DNA of 64,000 bases from Trichinella spiralis. Its lineage: Eukaryota. The stretch spans positions 597,492 through 661,491 of the forward strand of contig NW_003526945.1 in the NCBI RefSeq assembly GCF_000181795.1. The letters run 5' to 3'. Below the pieces are notes generated by a model. It worked only from the letters and a program-made list of their open reading frames with translations, was not told the DNA's origin and did no database searches. Position 1 is the stretch's first letter. Every line of letters starts with the position of its first letter. Both the position numbers and the translations under genes were made by a program. Of the stretch, positions 38,654-52,100 are shown piece after piece.

Positions 38654-41600
38654 GTCAAGTGGATCGAACGTGTGTATGTCATTGGAAAAGGGAGGATTTT
38701 TCCCTCGTTTGATCGCTTTTCTCAATAACTGTTTGCATTCTTTTATTACAAATATTATTATTATCTTTTTTTTCTACTTATTGTTATTATGCAAACAATC
38801 TCATGAAATGGTGAAGCTTCGTTTTTTCTTTTTCTTCTAGTTCTTATTTTTTTTCTTTGGAAAAAAATATTCAGTTTTCTGCGTTCTGTTTGTTGCTTAG
38901 CAGCCCATTCTTCTTCTACTCTGCTATATTATTCAATGTCAGAGTGAAGTAAACTACTTCTTTGTTTTTCTATGTATGGTCTTTCTTTAAAAGTATGCTT
39001 TTTTTTCTAAAGGGGAAATTTTCATTATTAGACTAAACTGTTTAGCAGTTTTTAATTTAAAACATTTCCATTGCACAAGCACATACATGTCCATGCAAGC
39101 AGGAGCGTATTTGTTTTGCTATTTGATGATCTAGCCAGGTTGTAAAATGATGAGCATGCAATAAATTTTAGTGCCAATTTTCGACCCAACTCTACACCCA
39201 AAAACGTGCATATAATATTATTCATTTGTGAAGTGAACAAACAAACCAAGAAGAAGAAGAAGAAGAAGACCCTTGGGCGTTTATTATTATTGCATATTTG
39301 ATTTGCCAGCGATTTATGATGCAAAATTTGCATACTTTTTCAATTTCATTGTTAGTGGGACTTGGTGGTGGTTATCGAAATCGAATTCGTTAGCACTGAA
39401 TGTGGGAACGTTTGTCCGCTTGTTGTTGTTTGTTGTGCGCTCGAAAAGAAGTGTTATAATTTAAAATTTAATCATCATCGTCATTCTCCATCATAATTTT
39501 ATGACTATATCTGGTGAAAAAGCAGACTGCAAAGGTAGCATATTTTCAAACATCACTAACAAACAAAGGCCCTATACTACCATAAATAGCTCAGTTATCT
39601 TTGGCTCAGTTTATTGTCTTATTGCAAATGTTGTGCACTTTTACCTCTTTAACTGTTGTCTGTACTTTATAGCTGGTTTAGATCATTGGTTCGAATGGCG
39701 TTGAAGAGAAAAAAGCACTATGCTGCCTTTTCGCAATTTTCATTTCACCTGACAATTCTTACCTTGCGAATATACATCTGTCTGTCTATCTATCTATCTA
39801 TTTAACTATACATGACCTTCGATCAGTGGTTGAAATTGTTCACTTCACCACTGCCGTATTGTAATTTTTTACAACCAATAATGCTAAGCTTGGGACTAAC
39901 CTGATTGAAGAAAATATTGGGTAAGCAATTGGCTGAGCTGTGCTTTTTTCATTTCTTATATTCTTTTTATTAATTTGATATAGTATTTCTTTTAACATTT
40001 ACTTATACATTATTAAATGTTAGTTTTTTCAATGTTAGCTTTTATTTCATTGCACTATCAAATGTAATATAAGGGGATAATTCTTGCATTATGTATTTTT
40101 TTATAAAGTTCACATAATTCATGTTATCATTTAAATATTTATATTAATACCATAATATTGTACTGTATTTATATTATATGTATAAATGTAAACTTACAGT
40201 TGGTAAAATAAGTTTTTAGTGAAAAAAAGTACGATCCTAAGAATATAATGTGAATAAGAAAATTATTTAGCAAATTTTCTGACAAATAGGAATGTTACCA
40301 AAATCACTTGAATATCCAAGAAACAACTGTAGGGATCTTCTATATAAGAAATTGCTTATGTAGTTATAAAAAAGATGGTAAAACTTTGAATTATAGTAGC
40401 AGTGGCAGGCCTATTTGATACTTTTCTGTGTGTGAAGAAAATAACATCACAGTTGTTTTGAAAAGTGTCAAAAATTATTTAGCGCAGCAATAACTTTTCA
40501 AAGAATTATATTTTATAATAATAAGTAAGTAGTAAATGCTGACAACACTGAACGTAGTAATACTTCACTGAAGGCTTTGCATATTCATCAGCCTGGTGCA
40601 GCATCATTTCAGCGATGTATTGTTTCACAATAGAAACGATTATTTTAATTTTTAATATTATTTTTAACTTTTAGTTTGCTACGTAAAGGATCACTTAATT
40701 TCGGCGATGTCAGAAATGATGCGCAGCAGAAGCTGGAAGCGCAGTCGCCTTTAGCGAGAAGCAATCAAGTTAAGGGCAATTATTTATTACTTGCAGTCAA
40801 TTATGAAGCAAAGCTAGTAAGTTCAGCTTGCGTTTAAATTTATTGCAACGTTATTAATGAGGCAAAGTGTCTAGAAAGAGTACAAATCTATGCAAAAGCA
40901 TTCAATTTTAAATTTAAACCAATAAAAACAACATGTGCAGCAGAAGCAGTAACAAATTTTTTGTGCTAATTTTTCCATCTAGAAATTTCTACTACTCAGC
41001 TGAAGATGCTTTCTTTTTTGTTAATTTTTGCTTTTTATTGAAATTAACATAATGTATTGCAGTTACTGTGTAGCATGTGGTGTATTACGACTATACATTT
41101 TTTAGCTATGTATGTATGTATATACGTGCGGGTATATGGTTTTTTTCGCAACGTTCGATTGCTTCTTTTATTCAGATAATGTTAAATTATCTACCAATTT
41201 AGTAGTATGATTTTTTTCTCTTCTGTTTCAAAAATTGAAGTTTTGAACGATTTCATATTTTGTGTTTGAAAATTTCCATTTACTTTTTATCATTTGGTCA
41301 GTAATTTTTCTAACGTAGCATTTTCTGAATGCAGCTAGCTGTAACCAAAGATGAATTGAATCCATCGTTTAGCATATCGACTCACACAAACATCGGACGG
41401 TCGTATTACATAAACATTAGATAGCAAAAATTCCAGCCTCAATGTCAACAGTTACTGAATACTCTTTTTTTGATTATAATCGTCAGTTTGATATTATTTT
41501 AAAATAATATCATAATCGATGATGAATTGAATTTTGACAATTTATTAGAATTATTATTTTTTTCATTCGATGTTGATAAGTTGCTTGTGAATACCGAAAA

Positions 41601-44600
41601 TATAAGAAATCACTACTGTCTGTACAATTATGTGTATAATTTTCATTTTTTAATTTGTCTGTTCAGCTTGTTTCGTTGATGCTATTGTTCACCGCTGCAC
41701 TTTTATTTTCTAACAATCATGCAGTAAGTGAATGGTGCAGTAAAACTACTGGTGACATTTTAGCATTTGAAATTATTGTTGTGAAATTTAATACTTGGCT
41801 AGTTTGCTAAAACCGCTTAAATTGGCTTGGTGATTTCTGGTTCATCCAGAAGTTGTTGCTTAATGCTCTTTTCCTTTTCTGCTTTAATTGTTAAAATAAT
41901 TTTCACGCTGCTTTATTTTTATAATAATATATTATTGCGTTGGTTCATTAGTATAGTTTATCTGGTGAAGTAGAAACTCAGATTGCGTTCAATTTATCAA
42001 TTGTAGAGTGCTTCATTAATAAAGCTGACGTTGATTCAGTCATTTAGAAATTGTCTGCTTCACATTTTGGAAATAATATCCGTGAAATATTAATGATAAT
42101 TTTTCCAAAAAATAATAAATGAAACTTTGGAAATCATTTTCTAATTTTGAATATTTCAGTGAACAGAAGTTTATTATTATCATTAGTTTTTATTAGTTTT
42201 TTTTAAAGCATTCAAGAATCATATATGGGCATTGAAGAAAATATTACGATCAACATGTTTGCAATGTTTATAAGAATTATTTATTAGAATATGATATTTT
42301 CCAAAAATTAAATGTTCATTATATTGTAATTCGAGATATATTTGTTTTTTAATGTAAATTTTGCAAGACATAAATTGGAATTGAAAATTCATTAAAATAA
42401 GAATGATGATGATGAGCTGGCAGTGAAGTAGTTCGAGTGGATTTTTGAAATATAGAATTGAAAATCATAGTTTTGCTTGAAGTTGCGTGTTCAGCGTTAG
42501 CCAACTTGACAAAGGTAAATGTTTCTCCGTTTTCTCGATCAAGCTGAAATGTAGTTTATGCGCGTTTATCAACCAAGCGCAGCTGCTCCATTGCAAAGTT
42601 TAATGCCGAAAATTGCCGGCCCTGCGTATGCATGCTATTCTTAGCTTCGGGTGGCAGGCACGCATCATCATAGTGCGTAGTGAAGAACGAAACGAACAAC
42701 GAATGCCAGCTAACAAACAGCACGCTGGTGAACGCCTGCGTTTCCAGCAACCGATATACATGCCAACCTCATTGTTGGACTTCCTCTGCTTCTTCTTCTT
42801 TTTCTGCTTCTTCTTCTTCTTGCGTCGCTTAATGGTGCCTGTGATATGCTCATTTTTAAAATAGCCAGCTGCTTGCTAACTAGCTGAAGAAGAAGAAGAA
42901 GCGCAAGCGACGACTGGTGCGTTGTGTTACGTTCACGCCGGCTAGTTACAAGCGTGCGCATCAAGCTCTTTGTCACTCGTCAGTTTTCTGACTTCCATTC
43001 AGTTTCATCTCAACCAGGTGTGTGTAGTAAAAGCCGCATCACTTGCCAAAGATCTTGGCGTGAAAAGCGCCGGACGTAGAAGCGTTTTGCCTTTACGGAC
43101 TTATTTTCACATTTTGCCGCTTGTATTGTCGATCAGTTTGTCAATTCAGGTAACCAATTCCCATGCTTGTGCCGGTTTTCTCTTTCACCCTACCCCTAAT
43201 CGCCTAGGAGTTACCAATTTGGCCTTTTCCCCCCATTAATTCAGTTAAACAATGAAAAACAAGCTTCACGTTCACAAGCATCCAGTTCTCCCCCCCCCCC
43301 CCCAATCAATCGTACTAATAAACTTGTCCGCATTTGCTTTCAAACAACTAGCCCACGGCGGTTGATACCACTGTTCTCGGCTTGCTATTCAAACTGCCTT
43401 CAATTGTAAATAGAGATTATTTCAAATCATCACTACATACACTGTCGCTTTTCATCAATTTTGCATATGCAAAATTTTCCACTCAACACTGAATGATGCA
43501 TTTGTACGTATTGTATATATCTATATATATATATATATTTATTTATTTATCATGTCGAGTAGTTTATTTTGTACTTTTCAGATTAATTAATTGATTAATT
43601 GCATATTAGTCGATTTTTGAAATTAGTGAATTGAAATTAATTGAATTTTACAATTATCAAGCTGTGCATTCAGTGAAACTTTATTATTGTTTATTCGGAG
43701 ATTGCGAATGTAATTGCTTTCCAGTTTATTTCATCTCATGTTATCTTTTTTTAAACTCTTGCATACTAGGCAAGCAAAAACGCGGCATTGTACATGCAAG
43801 TACCGCTTGCGCAAGCAAGTTGCAGTCTCAAAATTGCAGAGTAGTAAAAGGGTTCTGAGCCAGCTGTGGTGTGCTGGCATTGTCAAAAAATATCTGTGCA
43901 TCTGGTAGGTTAAATTATCAACACAAACTGCCCCTGTAATTGTACAGGGTATTTTTTTTCATTGTCCAGCAATCACTTCGATTTGATTACTTTCTTTTAT
44001 CTATTAGCAATTGCATATTTTGCTTGTTGAACAAAATAGTAGATACATGTTCAGTGCGGTTTATTGTCATAAAAATAATGAAACGTTAGTTTACATTTTT
44101 ATAATAGAAATTGATAATTTATTAAACCTCTACTGAAAGGCTAGGACTAAAACCTTCACGTATATTAAAATGCTCATTGCTGCAATTTTCTTAATCCTAC
44201 ATTTTAATAAATAAGACATATTTATTAATTTGCATCATTGCAGACGATATATTAGCGAGTATGTTCTGAAGCAATTTGTTAACCAATTTAGATCAGTAAG
44301 TGAAATGTAACAACAAACAATGTGAAATGGAAGAAATTTGCAGATTTCAAGGAATTTTATACTTTCGAAATATTTTCCAAAATTAATACCACCAGACACT
44401 CGCAAATGATGAAAGTACAACCGATCAGATTTTAATCACTTTTATGCTTAAACCGGTCTTTGGTGTAAACAGAGTTGATGATAATAATAATAATAGCATT
44501 TGTTTCTAGGTAACAGCAAAACGTGTCGAATAATCTGTGTTTGCACAATGCAAAAAAATAATGCTTCAAACATTATTTGCATAATTGTATCATCCGCAAA

Positions 44601-45344
44601 GTAGTTATTTTCTGCCTCTTAATATTATTGCATTAGTTGTGCATATTATGATTGATTATCTGAGGTGATCAGTTACAAATTTGTACGATGCAAAATCAAT
44701 TATGAAGCTATTTTGCCGCTTTGCGGCTTTCACAGTTGACACTTGGGCAAAGCACTGCACATGTTTTGCATGTGTTAGTTTTTTTCTTTAAATAATTTGC
44801 TGGAAAATAAACCAATTTGTGAATCGAGTTCCACGTGCAGCTAGTAATTGAAATATCGTAGAAATTACTGGGAACAAATTATTGCTAACTACTGCATGTT
44901 GGCAAATGATATTTGTTTCAAAAAATATCATTCTACAGGATTGCCGTGGGACCTTTTGTATTCTTTTTGATTTTTTGGATTGCACAGTAGTTAGTTTAGC
45001 TGAAAGTTTACTTTCTCAAGGCATTTTCAAAAAATCCCATGAAAAATGCTTCTTTTTATTGTTTATTTACGCAACATGAGCGTATTGTATTGTGTGCTTA
45101 GATGATTAATTTGTCTAAGTGAACTGTGATGCTATTTCGAATGGAATTTGTTTCAAACTGAAGTACAACTACTTTTCTTGAGGTCTCACTTCTTATACAT
45201 TTTATAGAAAAATTTTGTTTTTCAAGTAGCACAAAGTAAATTCTATTATGTAAACCGGCTATTAAATTGTCATTGGATAATTGATTGACTGCATGAGCTG
45301 AAAAACGACAAATAACAGCTATTCTTTTAGACAAATCAAACAAC

Positions 45345-46739
45345 ATGAGGTTACCTTGGAATCAAGCTCAGCAGCAGCAACAGCAACAGCCGGCGCCGCA
45401 ACAGCAGCCGATGCCGCAGCAACAGTATCAACAGCCTCCACTGCAGCAGCAGCAGCAGCAACAGCAGCCTGTGCCTAAACACCCGTCCTTTGATGCTGGA
45501 TCAAGAGCCCCAGCACCCCAACAGCAACAGCCACAGCAGCAACAACAACAACAACCTGCAAGAACAGGACCACAACAGCCATACCAAAATCAGCCTGCGC
45601 AGCGGGCTCCAATGCCACAACAACAAATGCCCACACAGCAACAGCAGCAACAAGAGCAGATGCCATATGCTGAAAGCAATGCTACACCCGTTGATAAAGT
45701 TGACAGTCAACAACGACCGAAACGAATTGGTCGCTGGACAATTGAACAACTACGCCAAACCGATGGCATTGTACCATTGCAGTATGGCACTAACAAGTTT
45801 GCAAGTCAACGGGGTATGACAGGATTCGGTACCCCTAGAAATACGAACACAAAAGTCGAATCTGACAACTTGCAACAACTTCCCGAAGAAATAGTGCGTA
45901 TGTCTGACGGTGAAATTCGTGCTCAGTCTGGAACAAATCGTTTTGCCAGCCAACGTGGTATGACGGGCTTTGGCACAGGTCGAGATGTTGTTCGAGAAGC
46001 TTTGGTTCCACCTCCAAATGACATTACCGAAATTGATGAAGCTAAAGAACGTATGACTGAAGGTATTGTGCGTTTACAGTCCGGTACTAATCGATTTGCC
46101 AGCCAACGTGGCATGACTGGCTTCGGCACAGCGCGTCGTGAAGTGACGAAAATAAACGACAGCAAACATCCTGATCAAGATTCAGAACATCCAGATCAGA
46201 GCAGTATTCCACTGCAAAGTGGTACCAATAAGTTTGCGTCCCAAAAAGGGATGACAGGATTTGGTACAGCTCGCCGCGAACTGACTCACATGGTTGACAC
46301 GAAACATCCCGAATATGTAACTGATCATCCTGACCAATCAGTTGTTCCACTGCAAATGGGAAGCAATAAATTTGCCAGTCAGCAAGGCATGACCGGTTTT
46401 GGTGCTTTTCGATTGGAAGTGCAAAATCCGCTGATTAGTCGTCAGCAGCCGAAAAGCCAAGGCATCATTCCCTCACAGATGGGAAGCAATCAGTTTGCCA
46501 GCCAACAAGGCATGACAGGTTTCGGATGCCCTAGAGATGTCAATTATGCAGCGGAAGGTCTCGAGTTGCCGTACGATGCAGTGAAGCAGAGTGAAACGAT
46601 CATACCTAGTCAAGCAGGTTGGAACCGTGGTGCCAGTCAACGTGGTATGACTGGCTTTGGAGCGGTACGTGATGTGAAAGGCAAACACCTGAAACGACTT
46701 TGGGAAGAGGAATATCCCGAAGAAGAACACTTCATGTGA
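45345..46739 (+). CDS. UNC-87/CLIK-family calponin-repeat actin-binding protein; 7 calponin repeats, Q/P-rich N-terminus, single coding exon, 464 aa
   Basis: Seven copies of the (I/V)xLQxG(T/S)N(K/R)FASQxGMTGFGxxR repeat, no CH domain, RWTIEQLRQTDG leader and RDVKGKHLKRLWE tail typical of UNC-87/CLIK-1. Acceptor TTTTAG 14 nt before the ATG. Orthology to unc-87 versus clik-1 cannot be resolved by eye. Confidence 0.93.
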   Translation: MRLPWNQAQQQQQQQPAPQQQPMPQQQYQQPPLQQQQQQQQPVPKHPSFDAGSRAPAPQQQQPQQQQQQQPARTGPQQPYQNQPAQRAPMPQQQMPTQQQQQQEQMPYAESNATPVDKVDSQQRPKRIGRWTIEQLRQTDGIVPLQYGTNKFASQRGMTGFGTPRNTNTKVESDNLQQLPEEIVRMSDGEIRAQSGTNRFASQRGMTGFGTGRDVVREALVPPPNDITEIDEAKERMTEGIVRLQSGTNRFASQRGMTGFGTARREVTKINDSKHPDQDSEHPDQSSIPLQSGTNKFASQKGMTGFGTARRELTHMVDTKHPEYVTDHPDQSVVPLQMGSNKFASQQGMTGFGAFRLEVQNPLISRQQPKSQGIIPSQMGSNQFASQQGMTGFGCPRDVNYAAEGLELPYDAVKQSETIIPSQAGWNRGASQRGMTGFGAVRDVKGKHLKRLWEEEYPEEEHFM

Positions 46740-47606
46740 ATTTCATACATACTACGCTTTGCTCATTCAGATTTTGCTGTGTAGTTTTTTTGCACAAAGC
46801 CGTGGCAGTTTTCTTGTCAATCTTTCCATTTTCCTGGTTTTTTTTTAAAAAACTTTCTTTTATTTCTTCATAAAAATTAGGTATTTTGTGTGCTTCAGCG
46901 AACTTTTTAGTATTGCATGCTTAGAACCGGCTAGATGTGCTAAACTTGTTAGCATAATTTGCATAATGATCGAATCAGTACAACTGTTTTTCAATTCACG
47001 TTTGCAACAAAATACTTTCTTCATTGACGTAGAACTGACCGGTCGACTGCCTACTATGCTGATACGTCGACACTGCCGTTGTTTGTTTTATAAATAATCT
47101 ATTTTGCTCCTTCTGCTGTTCAAAGAGCAGTGCTAATTGATATAGTTTACAAGTTGAATTGCATTTGCTTTTTTTTTCTCTTTGACCGTCCTCTTTGTCG
47201 ACCGAATTTACTGTGACAAATCTAGTCGTGTATGTTATTCATTATAAGGAAATATGCCACTACTGTTTCATCCGCTATCGTTATTGATGATATTAGCACC
47301 GATATTGCCTGCTTTCAGAGAAATTTTTTAAACAAAGGCAGTCAAATCAAACAGTTGTGACCATTTCTTCTTCTTATTATTACTATTTTTTTTACTTTAA
47401 TCGAATATTTTTCTTTATTTTTTGCTGCTTTTGTTGAGCAGCAAAACTATGTTCAAATTGTATCGCTTAGTGCGGTCGGTCGTTGCCCGTTGTTCGACAA
47501 ATTCACAAACTGAACTTTGAAAATAGATGTGCATTATTATTATTATTATTTCATGCCTTTCACGAATGAAAATTAGAATATCTTGCTTGATTAAAATGTC
47601 CACTTG

Positions 47607-47609
<3 letters not shown>

Positions 47610-47648
<39 letters not shown>
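47610..47648. repeat. (TA)n microsatellite
   Basis: About 19 TA units, followed by (TATG)n near 47689-47706. Confidence 0.9.
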
Positions 47649-47654
<6 letters not shown>

Positions 47655-48616
47655 TTCATATGCATAAATGTACACGTATACATGTGTGTATGTATGTATG
47701 TATGTATATGAATTATCAAAATTTCAAAAACATATGTTTAAAAAATAGCTATTTGAAAATAGCCATTACATAAACAATGTTACACTTTCTCACGTTCGTG
47801 ATATTTTATTGTGACTTGTTCATACGTAAATGATAAATAAGAATAGAAACAACCACGTAATTCATGTTTGCTTAGATTATTTTCCATTCATAAAAGAATA
47901 ATAGTAATTATCTAGCACTTATTATTATTATTATTATTATAAAATTCAATAACCAGCAGCTAGCTAACTAACTGACTATATCTATTATTTTATACATATG
48001 TATTTTTTAATGTAACTATGTTGTTGATTATCTATGCAAATAGCTGCTAATGGAAATAATGACTGGAAGCCAATAACAGTTTATTTACTGTATAATAAGC
48101 AAACAAAAATTATCATGTAACACTTCTTCTTTACTTCATCTGGGTGATGAGAAATTATTGTAGAAAGTTTTATTTTTTTAACAGATTCAAATTTTAAATT
48201 GTTTGCAGTTAAATTTAGTAGCATGTTTTAAGAATTTTGATTTAAGACAACTATTTTTTTGATCAGTGCCGAATTCTTGCTTTAAAGTAATAAATAAGAT
48301 ATACTACTGAGATATTTTTAGCCTTTGCAAAATAGCAGCAAAAGCGTATTTTCTTTTTGTTTTGTTTTATTTTTTTTCAGTTATGCAATTAATTATTCAT
48401 TGAAAACACGTAAGTGTTTCGTCAAAGCAAATTCACTGATTCAACAGCAGTAGTTAGTAGCAGTCGGAAACAGCCCTCGGACTCTTTAAAGCGGTAAAGC
48501 GTTTTTTGTTGCTCAAAACTAGCTTGTATTTTGTTAAAGGTGCTTTTAATTGAGCAATTTTATTCAAGATGCGTAATTTGACGTAGATCTGCTTGGTCAC
48601 TGGCCAAAAATCTATA

Positions 48617-49124
48617 ATGCAAACTCCAAATTCTGAAAAGATCACATCTCCGGTAAGGAATGATATTTGTTACGCTTCGCAAGTCGGAATCTTCGCAAAA
48701 AGCTCACAAATTTCAGCAACCCAAACTGAACAGATCAAAACTGCTTAACACGGAATCACCGGATAATGTTAACAAGCCGGCATCGACTATTAAAACTCTT
48801 CCACTTGGAACAGGTACAACAAACGTTATGCTGTTAGTTGACGCGCGTCAGTTTTCACACGGCATCCAATAACAATGTGTGGTTTCAGGAAGTGCTGAAT
48901 TGCAAAACGCTGAAAAGCCTGCTCCTAAAGTGTCTGATAAAGTTCCACCAAAGCGATGGACTTTTCAACAACTTAAAGCTACAGATGGATTAATTCCATT
49001 GCAGTATGGAACAAATAAATTCGACAGTCAAAAGGGAATGGGAGGATTTGGTTCTCCACGTGATGTTCGTGGGAAGCATATTCATCGACTGTGGCATGAA
49101 TCCGATGAATCAGATTCAATTTGA
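48617..49124 (+). CDS. Small single-calponin-repeat protein (~122 aa), tandem paralogue of the 7-repeat gene
   Basis: Exons 48617-48652 (MQTPNSEKITSP|GTAAGG), 48717-48813 (TTTCAG|...G|GTACAA), 48889-49124 (TTTCAG|). Phases 0 and 1 give an open frame ending PKRWTFQQLKATDGLIPLQYGTNKFDSQKGMGGFGSPRDVRGKHIHRLWHESDESDSI*. Confidence 0.8.
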
Positions 49125-52100
49125 AATGTAAAATGCTTGATATGGCTTTTTTATATGTTAAAAACAAAAAATGCTCTTATTTTTGATGCTTTTTATTTCA
49201 TCTTCTGCTTTAAAATTTCAGCTTATCAAATTTATGATTATCACTATCAATAACTGATTGATCTTTTAGAGTCCTTGCTTTGATTACGTTTACTGTGAAA
49301 AATATGTTTAACTGCAAATTGAAGGCTTGAATCAATTGTATATTTCTATGGGCTCTATTTAATACAAAAGTGAATATTTCGAAGAGAAATCGATAATCAA
49401 AAATGAAGAAAGCTTAACACAAGATGTTTTGAATATTCTAAAAACCTTATCCCATTTTATTTGCTATTGAGCTTGTGGTGAAACGTCAATCCGTTTATCT
49501 CTCAAAACGGTTAGATATATATATATATATATATATATATAACACAGATTGAGATATGTTCGTTTTTAAGTATACATTTTTTGAATTGCTGAATATGCCT
49601 TATGGAGATCATCCTTTGACCATTAATAGAAATAGCAAGTGATATATGCGAATAACATTTCAACGGCATTTGAATATGTTGCAACAGTATGTTAAAGGTT
49701 GGAGCAACGGAGCAATAATTGATAAAATGGAATAAATAAATAGTGAAAACGCAATTTTTCATTGTGCAAATTTTATTAGGAGATAGAATTTTGGCTGAAT
49801 ATGTAAATTAGCATTCAAAAAATGAAAATAAAAAGCATTCATTTCGGTAGTTGTGTGTAATTGTTATAAACATATGAAACCAGCTATATGCAAAAATGTT
49901 ATGCAAATATTTTAAAATAAATATCAAACAGATAAAGTGGCAAGCAAGCAGTTGCTTTAATTTAAAGGGAATTATTTTGATGCTTATTGTCGAGTTTGAA
50001 AGTAGATGAAGAAATTGAAATAAAAGCAGAAATTATTGCCACAAAGAGAAGAGAAATGAGAGAAGTTGAATGGTGGAATTTTGTTCCGTTTGCTGAGAAA
50101 ATATTCACGAATGTTTCAAGCTTTCGCCAACGGAAATGTGTCATTAGTGGTGTATTTAAATGATAAATGATTTCGTAACGCTATCACACTTCCACCTCTC
50201 ATTTTGCCACCAACTAACTGAACATGAACTGAGAATGATGGTTTTGCTGAAACGGCCTCGCAGAAGCATTATTGGCTTGTTGGAACTTCATTTCGTATGT
50301 ATCACATGCTGTGAAGTTGTTCAACAAGTTTCCAATTTATCTTTATGCATTTATTCATTGCAGGCCAGTATATGTTTTATTAAATTTTACTCAGTTTTAT
50401 CTCTCTCTTATTAGCTTCTACTTGGACTTATCCGATTCGAATAAAAGAAGCATAAATGAAATAGCCTGCTGCTCATTGACACACAACAACACAGCTTTAC
50501 TTTACTTTTAATAATCTGCGCTTATTGTTTGAAAATTACTTCCAACAACTTTCCCTCATTCACTTATTACTTATTCAAATTTTTGCAACTCTTCAACAAC
50601 GACTTATTTTGCTTTTTTCATTTTTTATTTAAAGGTATGATATCCTTTTTTCTTAAGATTATATAAAGTTAGAAATTATTTATATGATGAATGGAAACAT
50701 TCTGAAGTTTTTTTTATTTGACAGCTAACTATCAGAACATTATGATGCATTTAAATATTTCATTTACAGATTTAATCCATTTCTAATGTTCATTATATCA
50801 GTTGAATCTGTTCACATTAGGATTTATTTTTCACTCAGTGCAAATAATGAAAGTTTGAAAATAAATTTTACAAATTTTTTGGTCAATGAAAAAGTAAAAG
50901 CTTTAATAAGTAAGTGAGTATGGACAATGGGGTATGAAAAGATATGCGAGAAGCATTATTTTTTGAAGTATGCATTATTGAATGTATGGAAATGCAGAGG
51001 ATGAATCACTTTCATATTATTGATTGCAAAGATAAATAAAAGTAAAATTTTAAAGAATTAGCAAGTTGTTTTCAAATCTTGAGCCTTTTCTCTGTGCAGA
51101 GGAAATGCATAAAAGAATAGGATAAGATTTTCATTGCTCTATTTTGTTGGTGAAAAGAATAAAAAATTGTTCACTCATTGTAGACTCCATACAATTCCGC
51201 CAAATTCCAATGTATCCTTTTCCCTTGGAACAGGTAATATTGTATTTTTATTATTATCAGTTTGTTTAAAAATCTTTGCATTGGACACTTTTGAACAAGA
51301 AAGATAATGGTGATCACCAACGCTGGTCATGTTTAATGTTTCTCATTAAGCTATTTACATCCACAAATGTAAACTCATAAAGTCTACTTTTTTCCCTTCA
51401 GTGTTTTAAATTGTAACAAAATCAGTTGGTCAGCTTCTCATATGAACTGCTAAATTAATGAAAGTTTCATTTTGTTAATAGTATGTTTCTAAAAAAAGTA
51501 TTCTTTGAAACTCCAGTTGTAATTGCTAATTGCTTTTAAGATAATTGAATTCACAATGCAAATTTATGCTCAGTCGTTGCATCTTTTGTTTGCAGTTGGT
51601 GAATCAATTAACGTAGATTTTATTATTACTCTTATTTGAGGAGTGTTACTTTAATGTTGTTGCATGTTGCATTTTACAACATTATGTGTATATCCTTTTC
51701 AAGCTAGATTTAGCATGTTTGCACTGAATTTTGATTTGCCATTTCAGCTTGCTTTTTGCAAGTGAAAATATTTCTTGAGAATATAGTTGATCAAAGTTAT
51801 GCTATTTTCAATATTTCTTTCATTTAAAGACCCCCAAAATTGATGCAACATAATGTTTTGCAATGAATTTTTATAAATATTGCAATATGCATTAAATTCA
51901 AAAAATTTGTCATTAAATATAAATCTTTTTTTCAACAACAGTTTTATGAAATAGTTTGGATAAAACGCACGTTTATGGTCAGAAATGACATAATAAGAAT
52001 AACAATAATAATAGCAATTGTTTTTAAATTAGGACATAATGGGCAGCTGTTAAGTGTTAAATACTATAAAAATAAATAATATAACAACAGTCTGCTTTCA

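Noticed and set aside
39642..39647. let-7 seed match (TACCTC) in the presumed NR1D 3' UTR
   Set aside because: A single 6-mer, expected by chance, and the UTR extent is unknown.
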